64,000 nt of DNA from Candidatus Fermentibacteraceae bacterium. GTDB taxonomy: Bacteria > Fermentibacterota > Fermentibacteria > Fermentibacterales > JCC-6. Below the pieces are notes generated by a model that was not told the origin of the DNA, did not search any database, and saw nothing but the letters and a program-made list of their open reading frames with translations. Made by a program: the position numbers and the translations under genes. The stretch is taken from assembly GCA_041750285.1 (NCBI GenBank), contig JBGSZS010000011.1, positions 64,001 to 128,000 on the forward strand, read 5' to 3'. This document shows positions 47,321 through 55,940 of this stretch, piece by piece (positions within the stretch are counted from its first letter, which is position 1; every line of letters begins with the position of its first letter).

Positions 47321-49866
47321 GCGCGGACACCAGTCCAATGATGCGCCAGTACCTGGCCCTGAAGGAGCGCCACTCCCAATGTGTGCTGCTCTTCAGAATG
47401 GGTGACTTCTACGAGGCATTCTTCGACGATGCCGAACTGATAAGCAGGCTGCTCGGCATCACGCTCACCGCCAGACAGAAGAAGGACGACGGCACCGGCA
47501 TCCCTCTTGCCGGCTTTCCCCACCATGCGCTTGACGGATACCTTGCGAGGCTCCTCAGGTCGGGATGCCGCGTGGCCATCTGCGAACAGATGGAAGACCC
47601 TGCAAAGGCGAAGGGGCTTGTTCACAGGGATGTCATCGAGGTCGTGACCCCCGGCACGGTCATCAGCGGAGAAAGCCTGGATCCCGGACAGACAGTTCTG
47701 CTGGCCTCCGCCCTGACATTGGGCAGCGCTTCCGCCCTGATCCTGTGCGACCTGTCCACCGGGGAGATTCGTTCCACGAGCATGGAGGCCCCCCTTCTTC
47801 TTCCGGAGATATCCAGGATGGCTCCCAGGGAACTTCTCGTTCCCGCCGGAACACTCCTGTCCTGCCCCTCCGACTGTGAGCTGACCGAGCTGGAGAGATG
47901 GAAGTTCGACACTGACCATGGAAGAAGGCTTGTGGAACAACGATTCGGGAAGGGTGCCCCCGAAGGTTTCCAGCTCACGGAGAGCCCCCCCCTGCTGGGC
48001 GCGATGGGGGCATTGCTGGCCTATCTCGAGGAAACGAAAAGGGCATCCCTTGCACATCTTCAGTTCGCGGGGAGCTACCGCAGGGATCAATCACTGGTCA
48101 TCGACGGCGAAACGGCTGTCAGCCTGGGAATAACGCACGGCGTCCCCGGAGAGGAGGAGGCGGTACTCTCCGACGTTACGGACCGCACGGTCACGGCGGC
48201 CGGTTCAAGGCTCTGGAGGCAGTGGCTTTCCGCCCCCCCAAGGGATCCGGGGACCATCACGGAAAGGTACAGGGCAATAGCCGAGCTGATGGAAAACGGC
48301 CTGTCCGAGGCTGTCCGCAACCGCTTGAAGGGCTGTTGCGACCTTGCCCGGCAGACCGGCAGGCTGGGCTCACTTCGCACCACCCCTCGCGATCTGAGGG
48401 CCATCTGCGCGACCGCCCGTCATCTTCCCGGCATTGCCGGGCTTCTTGCTTCCTCAAAGAACCCCATACTGCGCCGCATCGCCGGGATGGACACGCTGGA
48501 CGACATCGCAGAACTCATCGACGGGAACATCAGTCCCGATCCTCCCGCGAGGATCTCCGACGGCGGGGTGATTCGCGCCGGTGCGAATGCAGAGCTGGAT
48601 CAGCTCAGGGAGGTGAGGTCCGGCGGCCGGGAATGGATGAGGGAGATGGCCGAGAGGGAGAAGAAGAGCACCGGCATCGCCAGAATGAGCATCGGCTACA
48701 ACAAAGTCTTCGGCTACTACATCGAGGTCTCCAGATCATCCCTTCCCCAGGTGCCCGAAAGCTGGACGCGCAGACAGACCCTTGTGGGTGCCGAGCGCTT
48801 CATAACGCCCGAGCTCAAGGAATGGGAGGGAAGGATACTCAGGGCGGAGGAGCTTACCGCAGCCCTTGAAGAGAGCCTTTTTCAGGACGTCAGGAACCGC
48901 GTGGCCGGAAGCCTTCTGAGGATAGCGGAGACGGGAAGGATGCTCGCCGCGCTGGACGTTCTGGCTTCACTGGCGGCACTGGCGGCTGAGCGCCGCTGGT
49001 GCATGCCTGAACTTGTGGACGTACCGAGGCTGGAGATAGTCGAGGGAAGGCATCCTGTTCTGGAAAAGCTTCTTCCCGCCGGCGAATGCGTACCCAACTC
49101 CATCCTGCTCGAGCCGGGCAGGCGAATACTCCTTGTCACCGGGCCGAACATGGCGGGAAAGTCAACGATCCTCAGGCAGGCCGCCCTGACGCTGGTACTC
49201 GCCCAGACCGGCTCCTTCGTGCCGGCGGAGAGAATGGTTTTCAGCCCGATGGACAGGCTGTACACCAGGATCGGAGGGGCTGACCGCCTGACGAGGGGGC
49301 AGTCGACGTTCCTTGTTGAAATGGCCCAGGCGGCCTCCATCCTGAACGGATCGACCAGTCGCAGCCTTGCCGTTCTGGACGAGGTGGGGAGGGGCACCAG
49401 CACCTTCGATGGCCTCTCCCTTGCATGGGCGATGCTCGAGTACCTTCACGACCACAGGGAACACAGACCGCTCGTCCTTTTCGCCACGCACTACCATGAG
49501 CTGGTGGCCCTCGCTTCAAGGCTCCGGGAAGCGGCAAACGTGAACGTTCTCGTCAGGGAGACGGGGGAGGGGGTGGCGTTCCTCTACAGGATGGAGGACG
49601 GCGCCACTGACAGGTCGTACGGGATCCATGTGGCCTCCATGGCCGGTGTTCCGGCAGCAGTCATCCGCAGGGCCGCCCGTGTCCTTTCGGACCTTGAGGC
49701 GGGCCGGCACCTTCTGCCGTCCGGAACCGACGCGGAAGGTCAGCTCTCGCTGCCTCTTTCCAACCCGGCCCATCCGGTCATCGAGGAGATCAGGAACATC
49801 GACCCGGACAGCCTGACCCCGCTGAAGGCCATCGAGCTTCTCTACAGCCTCAGGGAGAAACTCTGA
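47317..49866 (+). CDS. mutS: DNA mismatch repair protein MutS
   Basis: SPMMRQY, FRMGDFYE, GRHPV, TGPNMAGKST, DEVGRGTST, ATHYHEL, SYGIHVA; GTG overlaps the GT9 stop. Confidence 0.98.
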   Translation: MSADTSPMMRQYLALKERHSQCVLLFRMGDFYEAFFDDAELISRLLGITLTARQKKDDGTGIPLAGFPHHALDGYLARLLRSGCRVAICEQMEDPAKAKGLVHRDVIEVVTPGTVISGESLDPGQTVLLASALTLGSASALILCDLSTGEIRSTSMEAPLLLPEISRMAPRELLVPAGTLLSCPSDCELTELERWKFDTDHGRRLVEQRFGKGAPEGFQLTESPPLLGAMGALLAYLEETKRASLAHLQFAGSYRRDQSLVIDGETAVSLGITHGVPGEEEAVLSDVTDRTVTAAGSRLWRQWLSAPPRDPGTITERYRAIAELMENGLSEAVRNRLKGCCDLARQTGRLGSLRTTPRDLRAICATARHLPGIAGLLASSKNPILRRIAGMDTLDDIAELIDGNISPDPPARISDGGVIRAGANAELDQLREVRSGGREWMREMAEREKKSTGIARMSIGYNKVFGYYIEVSRSSLPQVPESWTRRQTLVGAERFITPELKEWEGRILRAEELTAALEESLFQDVRNRVAGSLLRIAETGRMLAALDVLASLAALAAERRWCMPELVDVPRLEIVEGRHPVLEKLLPAGECVPNSILLEPGRRILLVTGPNMAGKSTILRQAALTLVLAQTGSFVPAERMVFSPMDRLYTRIGGADRLTRGQSTFLVEMAQAASILNGSTSRSLAVLDEVGRGTSTFDGLSLAWAMLEYLHDHREHRPLVLFATHYHELVALASRLREAANVNVLVRETGEGVAFLYRMEDGATDRSYGIHVASMAGVPAAVIRRAARVLSDLEAGRHLLPSGTDAEGQLSLPLSNPAHPVIEEIRNIDPDSLTPLKAIELLYSLREKL

Positions 49867-49881
49867 TACCGCTTCTCTCCG

Positions 49882-49910
49882 TTGACAATACACTGCCAAT
49901 GGGGTAAACT
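49882..49910 (+). promoter_or_regulatory. Sigma70-like promoter of the putative selenoprotein gene
   Basis: TTGACA (49882-49887), 17-nt spacer, TAAACT (49905-49910). Confidence 0.75.
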
Positions 49911-49952
49911 AATGCCAGAGACGTTTCATGAACCGAAAGGATGGTACCGGGA

Positions 49953-50960
49953 ATGCGTGGTGTTGTTCTCTGTGTGGCTCTCTTACCGTTCACCGTGTTC
50001 GCCGCCACGGTGCTGAACAGCTTCGACGCCCCGGACACGGGCATAAGCGGCCTGGCCTGGGGGAACGGCCATCTCTGGGCGGTCGACGGCACCACCCAGT
50101 ACGTCTACCAGCTGGACCCCACCGACGGCGAGGTGCTTTCCTCGTTCTACATCACCGATCAGACCCCATCCTACAATCCGGTGCCCAGCGGCCTTGCATG
50201 GGGCGGTTCGATGATCTACGCCCCGATGACCTACGCCTCCTCCTACGGTAAAGTCTACAAGTATGACGAGTCGGGAGTGCTTCAGGGCACCTTCGACTCC
50301 TACTGTTGAGGCAGCCCCCTCTACTCGTCGGTGACGGGTGCATGCTTCGATTCGAACTACATCTACATTCTCGGAACCAACTATTCGGGAGCTCCCGTGG
50401 TTGCCAGGTTCACCACGGCGGGTTCGGTCAGCAGCTACATGACCCTGTTCCCCGGTCTCGGCACTGGCTACCATGACATAGCCTTCCTTTCGGGAGGCGG
50501 TGTATGGATCGCCCGTGACAACGCAGACAGTCCGATACTCGCCTACAATGCCAGCGGAGTTCTCTCCGGATACGTAGAAGGATCGGTGATCTCCGCGGCA
50601 TGCGGTCTTGCCGTCGATTCCGAGGGCCATCTCTGGGCCAGCAACCCCGACGACGACATGATCTACCAGATCGATGTGATCACCGCATCCGGGGAAGAGA
50701 ACTCATCCGCGGTCACCCCAAGGTCTCTCACGGTCAGCTCGAACCCCTTCGTCGGTTCGGTCCTGATCACGGGTCAGGGTTTTGTCGGCGCCGATGTCCG
50801 GATCTTCGACGTGTTCGGCAGGACCGTCGAATCAGCGCCATTTTCCGGCAGTTATCTCTGGAACGCGCAGTCCGTCTCCCCGGGCATCTACTTCGCAAGG
50901 GTGTCAGACAGCTCTGAAACCCTCGTGACAAGGCTGGTCAAGACCGCAGGAACGCGCTAG
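49953..50960 (+). CDS. Putative secreted beta-propeller selenoprotein (Cys-Sec) with T9SS-type C-terminal domain; in-frame TGA at 50307-50309
   Basis: ORFs 49941-50309 and 50331-50960 share a frame and are joined by sense codons (YC-U-GSPLYSSVTGAC). The first part has the signal peptide and the second has the sorting tail. A SECIS-like hairpin follows the TGA. Start is 49941 or 49953. Confidence 0.75.
50322..50340 (+). promoter_or_regulatory. Bacterial SECIS-like hairpin
   Basis: TACTCGTC-GGT-GACGGGTG: 8-bp stem including 2 G-U pairs, apical GGU, 20 nt between the TGA and the loop. Confidence 0.7.
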
Positions 50961-50967
50961 GCGATTC

Positions 50968-50998
50968 GAGGGGGTGGCTTCGGCCACCCTCTCTTTTT
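50968..50998 (+). terminator. Intrinsic terminator
   Basis: GAGGGGGTGGC-TTCG-GCCACCCTCTC-TTTTT. Confidence 0.85.
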
Positions 50999-51066
50999 GT
51001 CCCCGTACTATACAGGTGTTTACATTGCGGTTCGAATTCGCTATGTATCCCCCGGGAGGTAAACAC

Positions 51067-51447
51067 ATGAACACATGGCTTGTTTCACAGGAAACGGGGG
51101 GCCGGCAGGTCAGTCCGATCAGGGTGCATTTTCAGGGTGGCGACAGGGTGGCCATTCTGCTGAACCTCGGAGACTCAGGCGCAACCGCCGTGCTCTCCGA
51201 AAGGGTCTGGTGTCTGACGGGTCCGGGCTGCGGTTCGGGCAGGCTTTACAGGACATTGTCCACCAGCAGGGCGGGTTCACGGGGAATGATGCTCCTTCGC
51301 GGCGCCAGGATAATGGACGAGGGCCGGCTTGCCGAGAACATGACCATCGGCATAATACGCGAGCTTCTCGACCTCGACGTGCACGACACTGCCAGCTGCC
51401 GTGCGGTGCCTTTCCCGGCGGGTCACCACGGCGGCTCGTGCGCCTGA
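51067..51447 (+). CDS. Hypothetical protein
   Basis: GGGAGG RBS before ATG 51067; no recognised family. Confidence 0.5.
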   Translation: MNTWLVSQETGGRQVSPIRVHFQGGDRVAILLNLGDSGATAVLSERVWCLTGPGCGSGRLYRTLSTSRAGSRGMMLLRGARIMDEGRLAENMTIGIIRELLDLDVHDTASCRAVPFPAGHHGGSCA

Positions 51448-51541
51448 TGCCCGTCCCAGGCTGAACCGACAGATTGAATAACGGTACCCTTCCAGAGCGG
51501 CTTTGATTATCGTATGGAGAAGGCGTTCACGAAGGGATGAG

Positions 51542-51925
51542 ATGTTTCAGGGAAGATGCACCGCACAGAAGCTTGCCATTGCCAGGGTCCTGTGCGAAAC
51601 ACACGATCACCCCAGCGCTTCCATGATACATGAGCGCGTCCGTGAGGTAATTCCAAACATCAGCCTCGCAACCGTATACAGGAACCTTGAAGCCATGCTG
51701 GCCGCCGGCAGGATCAATGCGGTTTCCGGCGCGCCTGAATGCCGCTTCGATGCCAATACGCTGCCACACCACCACTTTTTCTGTCAGCGCTGCCACTTGC
51801 TCAGGGATGTCCCCGCCAACGGCGTGGGAGTCTCCCTGACCTACCCGGAATCCATAGACGGCTGCAGCGTAACCGGTGCGCAGCTTCTTTTCTCCGGCTA
51901 CTGCCACGCGTGCAGGCCGGACTGA
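51542..51925 (+). CDS. Fur/PerR family transcriptional regulator
   Basis: HPSA, ISLATVYRNL, RFDAN..PHHHFFCQRC, GYCHAC. Confidence 0.92.
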   Translation: MFQGRCTAQKLAIARVLCETHDHPSASMIHERVREVIPNISLATVYRNLEAMLAAGRINAVSGAPECRFDANTLPHHHFFCQRCHLLRDVPANGVGVSLTYPESIDGCSVTGAQLLFSGYCHACRPD

Positions 51926-51945
51926 CCGATCGGAAGGGTAACCAA

Positions 51946-52449
51946 ATGGACTCCCGAGCGTTTCACAAGCTTAGCTACGGAATGTACGTGGTGGCCTCAG
52001 GCCCCGAAGGCGAATGCAATGCCCAGATCGCAAACACCGTTTTCCAGATCACATCAGAGCCTCCCAGGATGGGCATCAGCATCAACAAACAGAACTACAC
52101 GCACGAGTTCTTCCTGAAAAGCGGTGTCTTTTCCGTTTCCGTGATCACGGAAGAGGCCGACATGGTGTTCATCGGCCGTTTCGGCTTCAGGTGCGGCCGC
52201 GAATACCCGAAGATGCAGGGCATCGCGACCATGATCGGAACGACAGGTGTCCCCATCATCACCGAGAACGTCTGTGCCTATCTCGAGGGCAGGATCGTCG
52301 GCAGCCTCGACTGCGGGACCCACACGCTCTTTCTGGGCGAGGTCGTTGATTCCGGCATCCTCAGCGATGCCACTCCCATGACCTACGCTCATTACCACCT
52401 CGTAAAAAAGGGCAGGTCGCCAAAGACGGCCCCCACCTACACGGGCTGA
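51946..52449 (+). CDS. Flavin reductase-like protein (resembles the N-domain of high-molecular-weight rubredoxin)
   Basis: AFHKLSYGMYVV, NAQIANTVFQITSEP, GTHTLFLGEV, MTYAHYH, KGRSPKTAPTY. Confidence 0.88.
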   Translation: MDSRAFHKLSYGMYVVASGPEGECNAQIANTVFQITSEPPRMGISINKQNYTHEFFLKSGVFSVSVITEEADMVFIGRFGFRCGREYPKMQGIATMIGTTGVPIITENVCAYLEGRIVGSLDCGTHTLFLGEVVDSGILSDATPMTYAHYHLVKKGRSPKTAPTYTG

Positions 52450-52453
52450 CCGC

Positions 52454-53185
52454 TTGGATGGGATCAGTCTTTTCCTCCCCGCATACAACGAGGAGGAAAA
52501 CGTGGCCTTCATGGTCGCAAGCGCCCGCAGGGTCCTCGAAGCCATAGCCGGATCCAGCTGGGAAGTGATAGTGGTCAATGACGGCTCGACCGACAGGACA
52601 GGGGAGATCACGCTCGAGCTGTCCCGGCAGGATCCAAGGGTAAGACTGGTTGACCACGGCCGCAACCTGGGCTTCGGCAGCGCCGTTAGAACGGGAATTG
52701 CCAGCTCCCGTTACCCCTGGGTCTTCTACACCGACTGCGACGGGCAGTTCGATCTCGATGAGCTCAGAACACTGTGGGAAAGAAGGTCCGGGGCCGATGT
52801 GATATCGGGTTTCCGGCGCCACCGCAGGGACCCCGGGATGCGGCTCATCTACTCCCTGGGCTGGAACGTAGTCACGCTGATGCTGTTCATGAAGGGCTTC
52901 AAGGATGTTGACGCCTCGTTCAAGCTCTACAGAAGAAGCATTTTCGGGAAGGTGAAGCCCCTCTCGACAAGCGGAACGGTCGATTTCGAGATCCTCACCC
53001 TTGCAAGGGGAATGGGATACAGGGTCCTTCAGGTCCCCGTGTCGCACTTTCCCAGAAGGGCGGGCACTGTCAGCTTCGAAACCTCGCGCAGGGGGTTTTT
53101 CGCGTTCGTGAGATTCGGCGCGATATGGGAGTTGTGGGTTCAGCTCTGGGCATTCAGGGTTCGTACCTGGCGTGGTGTGCGGTGA
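52454..53185 (+). CDS. GT2 glycosyltransferase, polyprenyl-phosphate sugar synthase (DPM1-like)
   Basis: PAYNEEEN, VNDGSTDRT, NLGFG, TDCDGQF, DVDASFKL. Confidence 0.9.
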   Translation: MDGISLFLPAYNEEENVAFMVASARRVLEAIAGSSWEVIVVNDGSTDRTGEITLELSRQDPRVRLVDHGRNLGFGSAVRTGIASSRYPWVFYTDCDGQFDLDELRTLWERRSGADVISGFRRHRRDPGMRLIYSLGWNVVTLMLFMKGFKDVDASFKLYRRSIFGKVKPLSTSGTVDFEILTLARGMGYRVLQVPVSHFPRRAGTVSFETSRRGFFAFVRFGAIWELWVQLWAFRVRTWRGVR

Positions 53186-54357
53186 GGCGCAGGGCACTTC
53201 TCGCAACCCCGCTTCCTCCACTCGAAACCGGCCTTGCCACCTATGCGGCACGAATCCTTTCCATAACCCGTGATGCGGTTGACTGGACCGTTGCATTCAC
53301 ACAGGGAAGCGAGGCCCTTCCCGGTTTCCGGTGCATACCGATTTCCGGGATCGGCCACTGCGGTCCGGATATTCCAGCTCACAGGGTGTTTCAGCTCGGC
53401 AACTCCACGCACTGCACCGAAGTCTTCCACGCCCTGCGGAAGTGGGGGGGCGCGGCCATTTTTCACGAGACCAACTTCCACCACATACTGAGGCACATGG
53501 CCGATACGACAGGAGACTGGGCCGAGTACCGCAAGCATCTCGAGCACGAGTACGGCTCCGATGCGCAGAGGGTCTCCAGGATCATGGGCAGACCCGCGGA
53601 AAGCCGCGAAGAGTACGACCGAAGGCTCCGGACCCATCCCCTTTCCAAAAGGGTTGCCGGCTGGTGCACTGCCATTGCATGCCTGAATGACGCTGCCAGG
53701 TCGACCCTGCAGGCGGGGGGGTTCGAAAAGAGGATCACCGTGTTGGGGCACCCGCTCGACCCGCTTCCCGACAGACTTCCCCCGCCGCCAGTCACACCGC
53801 CGGGCGAGCTGGTGGTGGGCGTTGCTGGAAGCTTCGGTTACGGAAGGGGCTGGAAGCATGCACTGTCAGTCGTTTCAGCCCTGAGGGCAGACCACGATGC
53901 CGTGCTCGTCGCGCTGGGTGCGGGCTGGCCCGATCCCGGGCTTTCATGGGTGAGGCTCACCGGGCGTCTTCCCGAGGCTGATTATCAGTCCATCCTGAGA
54001 ACGTTCCACATGGCATTGGATCTGAGGGAAGGCTCCTGCGGAGAGACATCGGGAAGTCTTCTCGAACTCCTCAGGGCATCGGTGCCCACCATCGTCACTG
54101 ATTCGGGTTCCTTTGCGGCCATTCCATCGGGTGCCGTGATCAGGGTGTCCGCACGCGACCTTCCCCATTCCGCCGAGGCGGCGGCCCGCTACCTTCTTCA
54201 CAATCCGTCGCTCATGGAAGAACTTTCCTCCCGTGGCGCGGCGTACGCGGCCGGGCAGTCCGACACCGCGGTTTTCGGCCGCGCAATACTCGAGCTGCTC
54301 GAGGGCTCCCATGCGCCGCACGAACGGACCGGAGGGATGGATTGTCAAAACCTCTGA
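53182..54357 (+). CDS. GT4-like (GT-B) glycosyltransferase
   Basis: TPLPPLETGLATY, FQLGNS.H, GETSGSLL, PTIVTDSGSF. Confidence 0.8.
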   Translation: MRRRALLATPLPPLETGLATYAARILSITRDAVDWTVAFTQGSEALPGFRCIPISGIGHCGPDIPAHRVFQLGNSTHCTEVFHALRKWGGAAIFHETNFHHILRHMADTTGDWAEYRKHLEHEYGSDAQRVSRIMGRPAESREEYDRRLRTHPLSKRVAGWCTAIACLNDAARSTLQAGGFEKRITVLGHPLDPLPDRLPPPPVTPPGELVVGVAGSFGYGRGWKHALSVVSALRADHDAVLVALGAGWPDPGLSWVRLTGRLPEADYQSILRTFHMALDLREGSCGETSGSLLELLRASVPTIVTDSGSFAAIPSGAVIRVSARDLPHSAEAAARYLLHNPSLMEELSSRGAAYAAGQSDTAVFGRAILELLEGSHAPHERTGGMDCQNL

Positions 54358-55940
54358 CGGTTCCCTTCACGATCATGCTCACGGTCACCGCCGCTGCAGT
54401 CCCCTGGCTGGGTTTGCTGACTGCCGGGAACGGAATGCCTGTCGGTCTTCCGGCCGACCCGTCCGATGTCGCAGTGGCCGGCGATTCAGACGTTTACGAT
54501 GAGGTGTGGCACTTCTGGTGGACCGAAAGGGCACTTTCCGAGAACCTCGACCCGATGTTCTGTCCCCTGGTCTTTCATCCCAGGGGAGCCTCAATGTCGC
54601 AACACAACATCGGCTGGCCCTCCACCCTTGCAATGGCGAACCCGCTTTTCGCGGGCGATCCTGTCTCTGCGCTCAATGCCTCGCTGTTCCTGGGCACCGC
54701 TCTGGTCTTCGCTGCAGGGGTACTGATCGCCCGTCAGTGGGGCGCCGGCTGGGACGGGGCCTTTCTGGCCGGCTTCATCGCGGCACTCATGCCGTCCAGG
54801 GTGGGGCATCTCTACCAGCACTACATGATAGCCCAGATCGGCTGGGGTATGATGTCGCTGTACTTCTTCACCGATTATCTTGACAGGCAGGGACGCGGGC
54901 TGGTCCTTGCCGGGCTCTTCGCGGGGCTTGCAACACTGGAGAGCCTTTACCACGTCATCTTCGTCTTTCTCGGGGCCTTCACGGTGATGATCCTCAGAAA
55001 CGGCGGATTCACGAAAGCCACGGCCCTGCGGGGTCTGGCCTCCATAGCGGCAGGCGCCGCGCTTGCAGGGGCATGGTTCATTCCCCGCGATGGCGGTACT
55101 GCCAGCTCCTACTTCACATGGATGGAGGCGGTTCACTGGAGTGCCGAACCCGTCTCCTATTTCATGCCCTCGCCCTACGGGCTTGCCGGTGCGTTGTTTT
55201 CCCTTCCTCTGAAGCGACCCTGGATGCCGAATGCCTTCGAGGGCAACGTCTCATTCGGTCTTTCGGTGCTGCTCGTTCTGATCGGGGCGTTCGCCAGGAA
55301 GCGAAGGTGGCTGCTCGTACTCAGCGTGCTTTTCCTTGCCGTGCTGAGTTTCGGGCCGTTGCTGAAGGTCCTCGGAACACCCACCCCTTACGTCCTGCCC
55401 TGGATGGCTCCGGCAAGGCTTTCTCTCTTTGCGAACGCCAGGGTTCCAGCAAGGGTTGCCATGCTTGTCGGGGTGATCGCTGCGGTCACCGCCGGGGTTG
55501 TCCTCAAACGCATGAAACCATTGCTTCGAGGTCTTGTCCTGACGTTCGTTCTGTTCGAGCTCTTCATACCCGTCTTCCCGGTTGTGTCCGCCGCGGTTCC
55601 CCGTGCATGCCTGCAGGCGTCGGGTCCGGTCCTCGACCTCCCGGCGGGCTGCGTGACCCGTATCACGGCCCTTTACCAGACCCGTCACGGGCAGCCCCGT
55701 CTGACTGCCTTTCTGGCAAGGGGCGGTTCCAAAGCGCTTGAAGATGCCGGTTTAAGTGGCCTTCTTATGGGCGATACCGCTATTGTGACCTGCGAAGTTC
55801 TAATGGCCACCACTGCTGAAACAGCCCTTTACCACAGGATGCTTCTTGATCCTGCACAGCGTTCATTTTACGACTCACTTTACGCTTCCGCCTTCCCGTC
55901 GGGCACGGCGGATGACAGTGTCTGGGTGTGGCACCGATGA
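54342..55940 (+). CDS. Polytopic membrane protein, GT-C / YfhO-like
   Basis: Acidic periplasmic loop GDSDVYDEVWHFWW after TM1, many TMs, RVPAR motif, soluble tail. Confidence 0.65.
   Translation: MSKPLTVPFTIMLTVTAAAVPWLGLLTAGNGMPVGLPADPSDVAVAGDSDVYDEVWHFWWTERALSENLDPMFCPLVFHPRGASMSQHNIGWPSTLAMANPLFAGDPVSALNASLFLGTALVFAAGVLIARQWGAGWDGAFLAGFIAALMPSRVGHLYQHYMIAQIGWGMMSLYFFTDYLDRQGRGLVLAGLFAGLATLESLYHVIFVFLGAFTVMILRNGGFTKATALRGLASIAAGAALAGAWFIPRDGGTASSYFTWMEAVHWSAEPVSYFMPSPYGLAGALFSLPLKRPWMPNAFEGNVSFGLSVLLVLIGAFARKRRWLLVLSVLFLAVLSFGPLLKVLGTPTPYVLPWMAPARLSLFANARVPARVAMLVGVIAAVTAGVVLKRMKPLLRGLVLTFVLFELFIPVFPVVSAAVPRACLQASGPVLDLPAGCVTRITALYQTRHGQPRLTAFLARGGSKALEDAGLSGLLMGDTAIVTCEVLMATTAETALYHRMLLDPAQRSFYDSLYASAFPSGTADDSVWVWHR

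Noticed and set aside
50307..50309. Genome-wide UGA reassignment (genetic code 4 or 25)
   Set aside because: TGA is the normal stop for many clear genes here, including secG, mutS, rex and hydB.
49941..50960. Reading this locus as two separate genes or as a nonsense pseudogene
   Set aside because: The halves are complementary (signal peptide in one, sorting tail in the other), the linker is in-frame sense sequence and a SECIS-like hairpin is present. A pseudogene remains possible if Sec machinery is absent.
51922..51936. CTGACCGATCGGAAG, resembling the TetR operator
   Set aside because: Only a partial match, and it overlaps the Fur stop codon; probably chance.
52447..52449. Possible Sec readthrough at other TGA stops (flavin reductase, Prx, 51447)
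   Set aside because: I saw no convincing in-frame continuation or GGU hairpin, and for the reductase and Prx the next gene starts immediately in another frame.
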